This document shows, piece after piece, positions 20,818 to 30,041 of a stretch of DNA of 64,000 bases. Under the pieces are notes generated by a model. The model saw only the letters and a list, made by a program, of their open reading frames with translations. It was not told the DNA's origin and did not search any database. The stretch's first letter is position 1; each line of letters starts with the position of its first letter. The position numbers were made by a program, and so were the translations under genes. Origin of the DNA: Candidatus Dojkabacteria bacterium (lineage in GTDB: Bacteria > Patescibacteriota > Dojkabacteria > JAHIVN01); assembly GCA_016932045.1 (NCBI GenBank), contig JAFGDO010000012.1, positions 4,195 to 68,194 on the forward strand, given 5' to 3'.

Positions 20818-21711
20818 ATGATCAAGAAAAATATACTAGAATTAATCGGAAAGACACCTATTATTCAGATTAAAAAATTGAATCCTCATGAAGAAGTTGA
20901 AATACTTGCAAAATTAGAGGGCTTAAATCCTTCGGGGAGCATAAAGGACAGAGTAGCGTTAAATATGATCGAAGAAGCTGAGAAGTCACGAGAGTTGACA
21001 AAAGATAAAGTAATACTTGAAGCTTCTTCGGGAAATACTGGAATAGCGATTGCAATGGCTGGGGCTTATAAGGATTATAAAGTAACTGTGATCATGCCTA
21101 GAAGCGTCAGCAAAGAAAGGAGGCAGATTCTAAAGGCATACGGTGCGGAAGTTATTCTTACAGATTCAAAAGATGGAACAGATGGAGCTATTAAAAAAGT
21201 TGAAGAGATGCTGCAAAAGAATCCTGCTAAGTATTACAATCCAAACCAATATTCAAATCCGAATAATCCATTTGTGCATTTTAAGACAACTGCTCATGAA
21301 ATCATTCGTGATACGAGGGGAAAGTTGGATTATATAGTAGTATCTCTTGGATCATCTGGTACTCTTATGGGGATTTCGAGATTCTTTAAAAAGAATTATC
21401 CATCTGTGAGGATTGTATCTGCTGAAGCAAGAGTTGGACACAGGATTCAAGGTTTGAAAAACATGGAAGAATCCTTGGTTCCAGAAATATTTGATACAGA
21501 AGATATTGATGAACGTGTGGAGGTGAAAGACGAAGATGCGTTTAGAGTGACTAAAAAATTGGCCAGAAAGGAAGGAATACTTGCTGGACTTAGTTCCGGT
21601 GCTGCAATGTGGGTTGCATTGCAACTTGCGAAAAGGATTAGGAGAGGAAGAATTTTAGTAATTCTTCCTGATCGAGGTGAAAGATACTTGAGTACTGGCG
21701 TGTTTGATTAA
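20818..21711 (+). CDS. Cysteine synthase (O-acetylserine sulfhydrylase, CysK/CysM family)
   Basis: KLEGLNPSGSIKDR (PLP Lys), SSGNTG, GSSGT, GLSSGA, PDRGERYLS. Confidence 0.95.
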   Translation: MIKKNILELIGKTPIIQIKKLNPHEEVEILAKLEGLNPSGSIKDRVALNMIEEAEKSRELTKDKVILEASSGNTGIAIAMAGAYKDYKVTVIMPRSVSKERRQILKAYGAEVILTDSKDGTDGAIKKVEEMLQKNPAKYYNPNQYSNPNNPFVHFKTTAHEIIRDTRGKLDYIVVSLGSSGTLMGISRFFKKNYPSVRIVSAEARVGHRIQGLKNMEESLVPEIFDTEDIDERVEVKDEDAFRVTKKLARKEGILAGLSSGAAMWVALQLAKRIRRGRILVILPDRGERYLSTGVFD

Positions 21712-21748
21712 CTTTTTTATCTAATATATTATATTATTACTTACTATC

Positions 21749-23221
21749 ATGCTGAAACTCTATCATACTTACAAGAGAAAGTTAGTACCATTCAAGCCCA
21801 TAGAAAAGGGAAAGGTGAGGATGTACACCTGTGGTCCTACAGTTTATGACTATGTCACAATAGGAAATTTGAGGGGAGATATGTTCTACGACATACTTAG
21901 AAGGACACTTGAATATTTAGGATTTGAAGTAACACAAGTGATGAATATAACTGATGTGGGGCATCTGACTTTAACAGATCTTCAGAAAGAGGCTATGAAA
22001 GACAGGGATATTGAGATAACTGACACAGATGACGGACTGGATCGGATGGAAAAAGCTGCAAAACGTGAAGGGGTATCTGTGTGGGACGTAGCACAGAAGT
22101 ATATAGATGCAACATTTGGCAAGAATTATACAAAGGTCAAGCAGTATGAATTGGATGGTGATTTCGGAAAGATGAATTTTGAAAAGGCAGAATTCATCCC
22201 TCGAGCCACTGAAATGATTGATGAACAGATTGAACTTATAAAAAGACTTGAAGCTAAAGGTTATACTTACAAAACCAAGCAAGCAGTTTACTTTGATATA
22301 AGCAAGTTTCCTAAGTATGAAGAGCTGGTTGGGCAGAGTTTTGACGAGATGAGAAAGGGGGAGAGGGCAGATGTTTCTGATAAAGATAGAAAGCATCCAG
22401 CCGACTTTCGGCTTTGGCAGCTCGATCAACCAGAGCATGAGATGCAGTGGGATAGCCCATGGGGAAAAGGATTTCCTGGCTGGCATATAGAATGTAGTGC
22501 AATGAGTGCGAAGCTTTTGGAAATCCCTTTTGACATTCATACCGGAGGTGAAGATCACATAAAAGTTCACCATCCGTCTGAGATGGCACAGACCGAGTCA
22601 GCTTATGATAAGCCAATGGCAAATTATTGGCTTCATAATGCTTTTCTAACAGTCGAGGGAAAAAGAATCGGTAAAAGTCTTGGGAATGCGTATTTACTTT
22701 CAGATATTATAAAGAAGGGATTTGATCCTTTAGATTTAAGATACTTCTTTCTTCAGGCTCATTACAGAACTAAGCAGAGTTTTAGCTGGGAGAATTTTAA
22801 GAAGGCTAGGATAGGTCTAGGAAAGATTATTGATAAGGTAAAGGAATATAGTAAGAGTGGGAAAGGAGAGATTCTTGAAGATTATAAAAAGAAATTTGTA
22901 GAATCCATTGAGGATGATCTAAATACACCTAAAGCTTTAGCTGTTTTTTGGGATTTAATTCATTCTGATGAAGATAAGGGAAATAAATTAGCAACAATTC
23001 TTGATTTCGATAAAGTTCTAGGGTTACGTTTGGATACAATAAAGTCTGTAAAAATATCGGAAGCAAAGAAAGAAGAGATTGAGAAGCTGATTCAAGAAAG
23101 AGAGAAGGCAAGGAAGGAAAAAAGCTGGGATAAAGCAGATGAGATTAGAGAACGATTGGAAAGAGAATTCAATGTAGAAGTTGAAGATAAGGATGGGGGG
23201 ACAAGTTGGAGGGTGAAGTGA
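21749..23221 (+). CDS. cysS: Cysteine--tRNA ligase
   Basis: MYTCGPTVY, TIGN (HIGH variant), PGWHIECSAM, DIHTGG, RIGKSLGN (KMSKS variant). Confidence 0.96.
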   Translation: MLKLYHTYKRKLVPFKPIEKGKVRMYTCGPTVYDYVTIGNLRGDMFYDILRRTLEYLGFEVTQVMNITDVGHLTLTDLQKEAMKDRDIEITDTDDGLDRMEKAAKREGVSVWDVAQKYIDATFGKNYTKVKQYELDGDFGKMNFEKAEFIPRATEMIDEQIELIKRLEAKGYTYKTKQAVYFDISKFPKYEELVGQSFDEMRKGERADVSDKDRKHPADFRLWQLDQPEHEMQWDSPWGKGFPGWHIECSAMSAKLLEIPFDIHTGGEDHIKVHHPSEMAQTESAYDKPMANYWLHNAFLTVEGKRIGKSLGNAYLLSDIIKKGFDPLDLRYFFLQAHYRTKQSFSWENFKKARIGLGKIIDKVKEYSKSGKGEILEDYKKKFVESIEDDLNTPKALAVFWDLIHSDEDKGNKLATILDFDKVLGLRLDTIKSVKISEAKKEEIEKLIQEREKARKEKSWDKADEIRERLEREFNVEVEDKDGGTSWRVK

Positions 23222-23224
23222 GGT

Positions 23225-23254
23225 TTTGGCTCCATTATCAGTAAAGGAGCCAAA
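23225..23254 (+). terminator. Hairpin after cysS
   Basis: 9-bp stem tttggctcc / ggagccaaa; no clear U-tract on +. Confidence 0.4.
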
Positions 23255-23300
23255 GGAGATAAATTATTGGTCTGGAATTTTGGATTTTATTTAAACACTG

Positions 23301-23843
23301 ATGGCATATGCAGGACCTGAACAAATAGAGAGTAATTTGCTAGATAAACCACGGGAATTAAAACGTGGTAAAGATCTTCCTTTCGGTAGAGATACTGTTG
23401 AGGGAACTCGTGGTGAGAGAGAAATATCTTCAGCTGCATTTGAAGTAAGACTCTCGAGGGAAAGAGATGATAAGGAAAAAATTACTATTAAAGCTGGGAC
23501 GAGAAATTTAGTAGTTGTTCAGGCTTTTAAAGAGTCAGGAGTTAAGGCCGATTTTGTCTTAATTCCAAGTGAAGTGCGATTAGGATATGAAGATTTGGTA
23601 GGAGAATCTGGTGAGGCAATTGCGATGCGAGATCTTGAACTGATAGTTGAAGCTGATGAGGGAGATGATCCATTTGCTTCTGTGAGGGTTATTGTAGCAC
23701 CTTATCAGGTCCAACCTTATGCAGTAAGGCAAGTTGTAAGTGAAGGGATAGAAAGTGGAACTAGGAATTTTAGAGGGGCTATTGGTTTCGGATTTGCGTT
23801 CGATAAAAGAGAGTGGCACTTGACTGAAGTAAGAAAATACTGA
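23301..23843 (+). CDS. Hypothetical protein
   Basis: 180-aa ATG ORF; no recognisable motif. Confidence 0.6.
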   Translation: MAYAGPEQIESNLLDKPRELKRGKDLPFGRDTVEGTRGEREISSAAFEVRLSRERDDKEKITIKAGTRNLVVVQAFKESGVKADFVLIPSEVRLGYEDLVGESGEAIAMRDLELIVEADEGDDPFASVRVIVAPYQVQPYAVRQVVSEGIESGTRNFRGAIGFGFAFDKREWHLTEVRKY

Positions 23844-23857
23844 TATAAATAGATAAG

Positions 23858-24140
23858 TGAACAGGGATGACCATAAACCACGCAGGGTTTATGGTGAAGT
23901 GAAAACCCTGTCTTTTTAAGTAGTGACTTAAAAGTGAATACTTGTTAATGAGCCACGTAGAATCCCGCATAGCGGAATCACGTGGGAATGAAGGTGGCAC
24001 CACCTTTCCGCCTTTAGCGGGAAAAACTAAATTTGAATTTCCAATTACTTGGATTTTAGATTTCAAATTTAGAGTTTAAGTTATAAAGGTCCTTTGTCTA
24101 AGTTAGAAATTTTCTGATTTAGATGAAGGACTTTTTTTTA
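23858..24140 (+). ncRNA. T-box riboswitch leader of aspS
   Basis: T-box motif AATGAAGGTGGCACCACC (23987-24004) can pair with GGTCCTTT (24088-24095) to form the antiterminator with a UGGN bulge. Overlapping intrinsic terminator 24085-24140 with T-tract; upstream stems at 23861-23911, 23912-23934 and 23953-23985. Confidence 0.85.
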
Positions 24141-24224
24141 TAAATATACTTTAAATTATTTCGGTTCAAAGACAGAGCTTTGAACCAACTCTTAAGATTA
24201 ATCTAAATTATTAATTATTAAAAA

Positions 24225-25526
24225 ATGGAAAGAACATTATCAATAGATTGTAAGAAAAAGAAAGGTGAAAGAGTACTTGTTAAGGGTTGGATGGATCAGC
24301 TTCGGCGATTAGGAAAGATCAATTTCTTAGTACTTCGAGATAGAGGTGGATATATTCAAGTAGTTGTCGAAGATCAGAAAGAATTAGATAAAGTTAAGCA
24401 GCTTCAGATTGGAACTGTTCTTTATATCGAAGCTCAAGTTCAAGAGGCAAAGCAAACAGATCTAGGAGTTGAGCTAGTAAATCCCGAAATTTCTGTTGTC
24501 TCATCTGTTGAGCATGTACCGCCAGTTGAATATAACAAGGATGACATTAATGCAAGTCTGCCAACTATTCTTGACTATCGACCTTTGACTATAAGGAATA
24601 AAAAGATCCAAGGAGTATTCAAAGTACAGGCCACAATTCTAAAGGCATTTAGGGAAAGTTTACGTTCACAGGATTTTATAGAATTCCGTAACCCTGTTTT
24701 GATAGGGTCAGCAAGTGAAAGCGGTGCTGACGTTTTTGAGGTTAAGTACTTTGATAGAAAAGCATACCTTTGTCAAAGTCCCCAACTTTACAAGCAGATC
24801 ATGATAGGGGGTTTTGAAAGAGCCTTTTGCATCACACCTGTATTCAGAGCGGAAAAACATCATACAAATAGACACTTAACTGAGCTTACCCATATGGATG
24901 GTGAAATTGCATTTGTGGAAGATTATCACAATGTACTAAAGGTTTGCGAGAAGGTAGCAAGGGACGTTATTTCTGCTGTCGAAAAGGAAAATAGTGCAGA
25001 ACTAAAGCTTTGGAATGTTAGCGTGCCGAAGTTACCCAAAGGACAAATTCCGGAAATTACGATAAAAGAAGCTTTAGAAATAATTGAAAAGAAAACAGGA
25101 AAGACATCAAAGAGAAAGCTTGATCTTGAGCCCGAAGATGAAAGAGAGATATGTGAATGGGCGCAGAAGGAGCATGGTTCAGATCTTTTATGGGTGACTC
25201 ATTTTTACAAGGATAAGAATTTTTATACTTGGAATGATCCTAATGATCCTGAAACGTCACTGAGTTATGACCTTCTCTGTAGAGGAATCGAATGGCTGTC
25301 AGGTACTGTAAGAATTGAGAAATACGAAAAGCTAGTAGCGAATATGAAAAAACAAGGTCTTTCGGAGAAAGATTATGACGGATATTTACAGGCATTTAAA
25401 TATGGCATGCCTCCTGAAGCTGGGTTTTCTTTTGGTCTTGAAAGAATGACAATGAAAATATTTAATTTTAAGAATATTAGGGAGGCCACATTATTCCCCA
25501 GGGACGTTGAGAGATTGGCGCCATAA
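24225..25526 (+). CDS. aspS: Aspartate--tRNA ligase, archaeal-type (probably non-discriminating)
   Basis: OB fold FLVLRDR, QSPQLYKQ, FRAEKH..RHLTE, YGMPPEAGFSFGLER, FPRD; 433 aa with no GAD insert. Confidence 0.93.
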   Translation: MERTLSIDCKKKKGERVLVKGWMDQLRRLGKINFLVLRDRGGYIQVVVEDQKELDKVKQLQIGTVLYIEAQVQEAKQTDLGVELVNPEISVVSSVEHVPPVEYNKDDINASLPTILDYRPLTIRNKKIQGVFKVQATILKAFRESLRSQDFIEFRNPVLIGSASESGADVFEVKYFDRKAYLCQSPQLYKQIMIGGFERAFCITPVFRAEKHHTNRHLTELTHMDGEIAFVEDYHNVLKVCEKVARDVISAVEKENSAELKLWNVSVPKLPKGQIPEITIKEALEIIEKKTGKTSKRKLDLEPEDEREICEWAQKEHGSDLLWVTHFYKDKNFYTWNDPNDPETSLSYDLLCRGIEWLSGTVRIEKYEKLVANMKKQGLSEKDYDGYLQAFKYGMPPEAGFSFGLERMTMKIFNFKNIREATLFPRDVERLAP

Positions 25527-25767
25527 GAATATTGGTAGACAAATAACGAAGAAATTAAAAAGTTGTAATTTCATTATAATTTTCCATAGAATCCTTGAAT
25601 AATTGGATCCTTTTACTACGCTCAGTATAAATAGCGAACAGAGATTGGAGATTGGGAATTGATATGTTGCTAGATGGTCAAATGGCTGTACTTCTTACCT
25701 TGTCCCTTGTGCTTTTACGCTATGCTTTGTATACTTGGATACTAGTTTAAATAAGTGAAATATAATA

Positions 25768-27444
25768 ATGCAACCAGATCAAAATCAACCAGTTGACCCA
25801 CAAGATGCTCCTGTACAACTTGCTCAAAGCAGGATGCCGGCTCAAACGACTCCTACACAGGATCAAGGAGTAGAACAACAGCCCGACCAGGCGGGCGTTG
25901 CTTCGAGTGCTCAGACTATGCCATCTGTCACTTCACAACCGATGCCAGAGCAACAGCCAGTATCTCAAGTTCCTCAACAGCCAGATCCATCATTTCAACA
26001 AGATCAAGGAGGATTGCCAGTTATTGGTTCATCGCCTAAAGTAATGAATGAAGCTCCAGAGAGCATGAGAAGGCAGCAACCCTCAGCCTTTGTCCCTGGT
26101 GTGACTGAGAAAAAGCCAAGGAAAAGGAAATTTGTATGTGCCTGCATTCTGGGTATCTTTTTGTTTTTGATATTGGGTTTTGGAGGATTAGGTGCTTATG
26201 CGTACTTTACTGATGCAGAAATACCAGTTGTATCTGATGTCGTAAGAAAAATTGAAGAATTCTTTAGGAATCCACAAGAAGAAGCGAAAAAAGCTGCCGA
26301 ACAGGTTGCAGATACTTTCTTGGCAGCATTCTTGCCTGTTATTGCCCAAGAAGAGGGAGTTGCATCAGCGTTTGCGAAAAGTACTGTGTCTCAAGACTAC
26401 ATTAAACAGTTCATAGAGGAAAATCAGGATATCCAAAGTTTTCAGTATGACCTTTCAATGAATTTCGATTTTGAGAGTGGTGGTAATGAAAGTCTTGAGG
26501 ATATGGTGAGTAATATTGATGTTGAGATGGCTGGTGCTATAGATACAAAGGAAGAAGGGAATGAGAAGATTAAAACAGACTTCGATGCCAGCCTTGGGGA
26601 TGACAGTATGACTATGTCCGTTAAGGGCGAGATGAGGATGATCGGTAATGATTCATATGTTAAAATAGATGAATATCCGGTACTTTTTAGTACTTATATC
26701 GGTTCTATAGAGGGGCAGTGGATTGATCTTGCGACTACTGATGTCGAAGAAACGGCGGATTTGTTAGTAAGTGAAGAGACTGGAACTAGTAACATTACAG
26801 ATGAAGATGTTGATAACCTTATAGAATTTATGACAGATGAAACAGTGCTTAAAAATGCAGAAATTCTTCCGGATGAGGAGATAGGCGGAAATAAGTGTTA
26901 TTGTGTGAAAGTTTCTTGGAATCAGAACGAGCTGAAAGATGTCATTCGACGTTATTATGAGATTTATGACCAGGAATACGATGAAGAAGAAATAAATAAC
27001 GCAGTTGAAGGTCTAAATTCTATGGAAGTAGAGACCTGTGTTGGTAAGAAAAGCAATATGGTCCACCGTATTAAAGCTAAAATAGAAGGGGAAAGTGATG
27101 GAAATAAGATGGCAATGGAGGCGAACCTTAAGTTATGGGATTATGGTGGCACTATGAATATTACTGCTCCCGAAGGTGCTGTTACACTTGAGGAAGCAAT
27201 GGCGGATTCCCCGCTTATGACTGTATCGCAAGATGCCGAAGTTAAAGCTGAGATGCTAAATATCCAGATAGCTCTTGAAGAATATTATGTGAATAATATG
27301 AAGTATCCTGAGAGCCTAGCTGAAGCTGGAGTAGAAAAAACTACTTTTTATGAGGAAGAAGTGCATTATACAAAAGGAGAGACAGGCTATGAACTTTGGA
27401 TAGTGCTTCCAAGCGGTGAAAAGTATGATATAAGTAGTGAGTAA
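25768..27444 (+). CDS. Membrane protein: P/Q-rich N-tail, TM, LppX/LolA-like domain, C-terminal pseudopilin-G-like segment
   Basis: TM CILGIFLFLILG; E.RMIGNDSYVKI..GQWI..DEEIGGNKCY..WDYG...ITAP pattern; IQIALEEYYVNNMKYPESL resembles GspG-type pilin bodies. Confidence 0.55.
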   Translation: MQPDQNQPVDPQDAPVQLAQSRMPAQTTPTQDQGVEQQPDQAGVASSAQTMPSVTSQPMPEQQPVSQVPQQPDPSFQQDQGGLPVIGSSPKVMNEAPESMRRQQPSAFVPGVTEKKPRKRKFVCACILGIFLFLILGFGGLGAYAYFTDAEIPVVSDVVRKIEEFFRNPQEEAKKAAEQVADTFLAAFLPVIAQEEGVASAFAKSTVSQDYIKQFIEENQDIQSFQYDLSMNFDFESGGNESLEDMVSNIDVEMAGAIDTKEEGNEKIKTDFDASLGDDSMTMSVKGEMRMIGNDSYVKIDEYPVLFSTYIGSIEGQWIDLATTDVEETADLLVSEETGTSNITDEDVDNLIEFMTDETVLKNAEILPDEEIGGNKCYCVKVSWNQNELKDVIRRYYEIYDQEYDEEEINNAVEGLNSMEVETCVGKKSNMVHRIKAKIEGESDGNKMAMEANLKLWDYGGTMNITAPEGAVTLEEAMADSPLMTVSQDAEVKAEMLNIQIALEEYYVNNMKYPESLAEAGVEKTTFYEEEVHYTKGETGYELWIVLPSGEKYDISSE

Positions 27445-27537
27445 GTAGATATTGGCGAAGAAAGTTGTTAATGGATATACCCAAATAGTTACACATAGCT
27501 GCTTGACCCTGCGTGTCGGCAGACAGGCGTTTCAGTC

Positions 27538-27711
27538 GGAGATAGTTGGATTGTCGGATAGCTGGATAGTAACATTGTTGCATTGTTTGCTAGCCTCTGG
27601 AGTAGTTTCATTTCTAATTCTTCATCCTTTATTGAATCTTTGTGTCATTGAATAATTGCATAATTCAGGCATGGCTGGATATCTAGATAGTCAGATTGTT
27701 GTATGTTTGAC
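27538..27711 (+). repeat. Intergenic degenerate octamer mosaic, homologous to 992-1197
   Basis: gatagttg-gattgtcg-gatagctg-gatagtaa-cattgttg; shared 40-nt and 19-nt blocks. Confidence 0.7.
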
Positions 27712-27885
27712 GCTAGATGTTCGATGAAGAATTAATTATTGATAATTTTCTTCATACTTTTAACTTTGTACCTTCTCTCTTTTATATTCTTCTTGATAAA
27801 AAATTTCAATCATACTTGCCAATTGTATTTAACTAGCGCCTATAAATTAGGAGTACTAAAAAAGAGTTACTTATAGGTCATACAC

Positions 27886-27950
27886 TTGACATAGATAAGT
27901 TTATGGCTTACTATGGTGATAGGTGGTGAAAAGTGGTGATTAGTAGAAAA
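27886..27950 (+). promoter_or_regulatory. mraZ promoter with MraZ direct-repeat boxes
   Basis: TTGACA (27886) -17- TACTAT (27909); 10-bp-period repeats atggtg/gtggtg/gtggtg/gtagaa at 27913, 27923, 27933, 27943. Confidence 0.85.
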
Positions 27951-28019
27951 GCCTATAAAAAGAAATTCTTTTACTTTAAGTATTGAGAGTATTTAAACCA
28001 CTTGGAAACTAAATAAATT

Positions 28020-28454
28020 ATGTTGATAGGGGAATATTTTAATAAAGTCGGAGAAAAAAACAGAATTGCTCTTCCAAAAAAATTTAGAGATATACTTGGA
28101 CAGAAAGTTATAGCAACAAGAGGTTATGAAAACTGTGTAATTGTAGTAAACAGTGATCAGTGGAAACGATTACTTGAAGTGTTTGATGATAAACCTTTTA
28201 CGAAGAGTCCGGTAAGGGATACGAGACGATTCTTAATAGGAGGTGCAAGTGAGCTAAGTCTCGATAAACAAGGACGATTTGTCTTGCCGCAAAACTTAAA
28301 GGAATTTGCCGGAGTTGAAAAGGAGATAGTTTTTATAGGACTTGTTGACTGGGTTGAGATCTGGGACAAGGAAGCTTGGGAAAAGAGGATGGAAATGATC
28401 AAACCCAGTGCTGACAAGATTGCCGAGGAATTGCAGAAGAGCAGTGAAGAATGA
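28020..28454 (+). CDS. mraZ: Division/cell wall cluster repressor MraZ
   Basis: MLIGEY..KNRIALPKKFR, LDKQGRFVLP, VEIWD; lies before rsmH. Confidence 0.96.
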   Translation: MLIGEYFNKVGEKNRIALPKKFRDILGQKVIATRGYENCVIVVNSDQWKRLLEVFDDKPFTKSPVRDTRRFLIGGASELSLDKQGRFVLPQNLKEFAGVEKEIVFIGLVDWVEIWDKEAWEKRMEMIKPSADKIAEELQKSSEE

Positions 28455-28483
28455 AAAATTAAGAATTAAGAATTAAGAATGAA

Positions 28484-29464
28484 ATGGGGAGTATTCACAA
28501 ACCAGTTCTTTTAAAAGAAAGCATTGAACTTCTTGAAATAAATGATGGTGGAATATTCGTTGATTGTACTTTAGGAGGCGGAGGGCACACGTTAGCAGTA
28601 TACGAAAGGCTGAAGGGAAAAACGGGTAAGATCATCAGTTTTGATATTGATTTAGAAGCAATAAGCCGTTTTGAAGAGTATTTATTGAGAAGTAGCTGGA
28701 AAAGAGAAAATAGCACTTTCAGAAAGGGAAATATTGATATAACTCTTGTACATGATAACTTTGAAAAAATAGACAGTGTTTTAAAGGATTATGGGATAGA
28801 GAAGGTAAACGGAATAATAGCAGATCTAGGAGTTTCTTCTGATCAGCTTGAAGAGAAGAATCGAGGATTTAGTTATATGAAGGAGGGGCCTCTAGACATG
28901 AGGATGGACAAGGAACTGAATGTAAAGGCGGAGGACCTGGTAAATGGTTTATATGAAAAAGAATTAACAGAACTATTTATATCACAAGATGAAAGATACT
29001 CAAGGAGAATAGCAAAGGAAATAGTAAGAGAAAGGAACAAGTATCCCATAAAAACAACATCGCACCTTGTACAAATTATAAAAAAGTCCTTACCTAAACA
29101 AAAAGGTAGGGGGAAATTTTTCAATAAGGCAAAAACCCGCCAGTTGTTTCGGCAGGAAGGTCCTTATTGGATAAAGCCAGCAATGCGAGTGTTTCAAGCT
29201 CTCCGCATAGCAGTTAATTCTGAACTTAGTTCTCTGCGAAAAATGCTGCCCCAAGCTCTTGACTCACTCGCGGCTGGCTCAAACCTTGTAATCATTAGTT
29301 TTCATTCTGGAGAAGATAGAATAGTTAAAAGCTTTTTTAAGAAGCAGGAGGATCTTGGTAAGGTTATGATTCTAACTAAAAAGCCTGTTATACCAGGGGA
29401 AGAAGAGATCAGAAGGAACGAGAGAGCTAGAAGCGCAAAGCTTAGAGCGGGAAAGAAGATATAA
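28484..29464 (+). CDS. rsmH: 16S rRNA m4C1402 methyltransferase
   Basis: HKPVLL, DCTLGGGGH, DLGVSS, PLDMRM, FQALRIAVN, SFHSGEDRIVK, RARSAKLR. Confidence 0.97.
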   Translation: MGSIHKPVLLKESIELLEINDGGIFVDCTLGGGGHTLAVYERLKGKTGKIISFDIDLEAISRFEEYLLRSSWKRENSTFRKGNIDITLVHDNFEKIDSVLKDYGIEKVNGIIADLGVSSDQLEEKNRGFSYMKEGPLDMRMDKELNVKAEDLVNGLYEKELTELFISQDERYSRRIAKEIVRERNKYPIKTTSHLVQIIKKSLPKQKGRGKFFNKAKTRQLFRQEGPYWIKPAMRVFQALRIAVNSELSSLRKMLPQALDSLAAGSNLVIISFHSGEDRIVKSFFKKQEDLGKVMILTKKPVIPGEEEIRRNERARSAKLRAGKKI

Positions 29465-29576
29465 CTACATCGTTGTATAGCCGGATAGTTAGATAGCTGT
29501 TGGTTGAGACTGAGGGCTTGCGGATGATTGATAATTGTAGATTGAATATTAATTATTTGTAGATTATAAACTGCCT

Positions 29577-29897
29577 GTGAACCGATTGAATGAAGAGAAA
29601 AAAACAGTAGGATTCCGGCCAAGTATACTCATAGTTCTTGGCATAATTCTTGTTATAGCTATGGTAACTCAACTGGCATTTCTTTCAGTATTCGGAACAA
29701 GAGGTAAGGAAGTAGCTAAAATTCGAGAGGAGCAGAAGCGACTTATACTCGAGAATGAACTTCTGGAAGCTGAAATAAGCAAACAACAGTCACTAGTACG
29801 TATAAAAGACATTGCAACTGAGGAACTAGGTATGGTGAACGTTGTCGAAGTTGAGTACATAACTCCGCACGAGACTATAAGCTCTCAAAATCCATAA
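29577..29897 (+). CDS. ftsL: FtsL-like cell division protein
   Basis: TM helix, coiled coil and IATEELGM motif, between rsmH and the PBP gene. Confidence 0.7.
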   Translation: MNRLNEEKKTVGFRPSILIVLGIILVIAMVTQLAFLSVFGTRGKEVAKIREEQKRLILENELLEAEISKQQSLVRIKDIATEELGMVNVVEVEYITPHETISSQNP

Positions 29898-30041
29898 GTT
29901 GTCTAGAAATTTCTAAATTCAAATATCAAACAAGTTCGAAAACCTATATTCGAATGAATATGTATCATTTATTCTTGTACATCAGAATTGTGCTTTGCTT
30001 TTTGCTATTGTATAGTATTAAGAATATTAAGGCGTAAACAG

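Noticed and set aside
21971-22622. Long antisense ORFs inside cysS, and similar shadow ORFs across the window
   Set aside because: Fully overlap well-supported genes and show no motifs.
23779-24066. 95-aa minus-strand ORF
   Set aside because: Antisense to the T-box leader.
27341-27655. ORFs 27452-27655 (+) and 27341-27583 (-)
   Set aside because: Translations of the octamer-repeat spacer; the same applies to 29302-29622 and 47146-47373.
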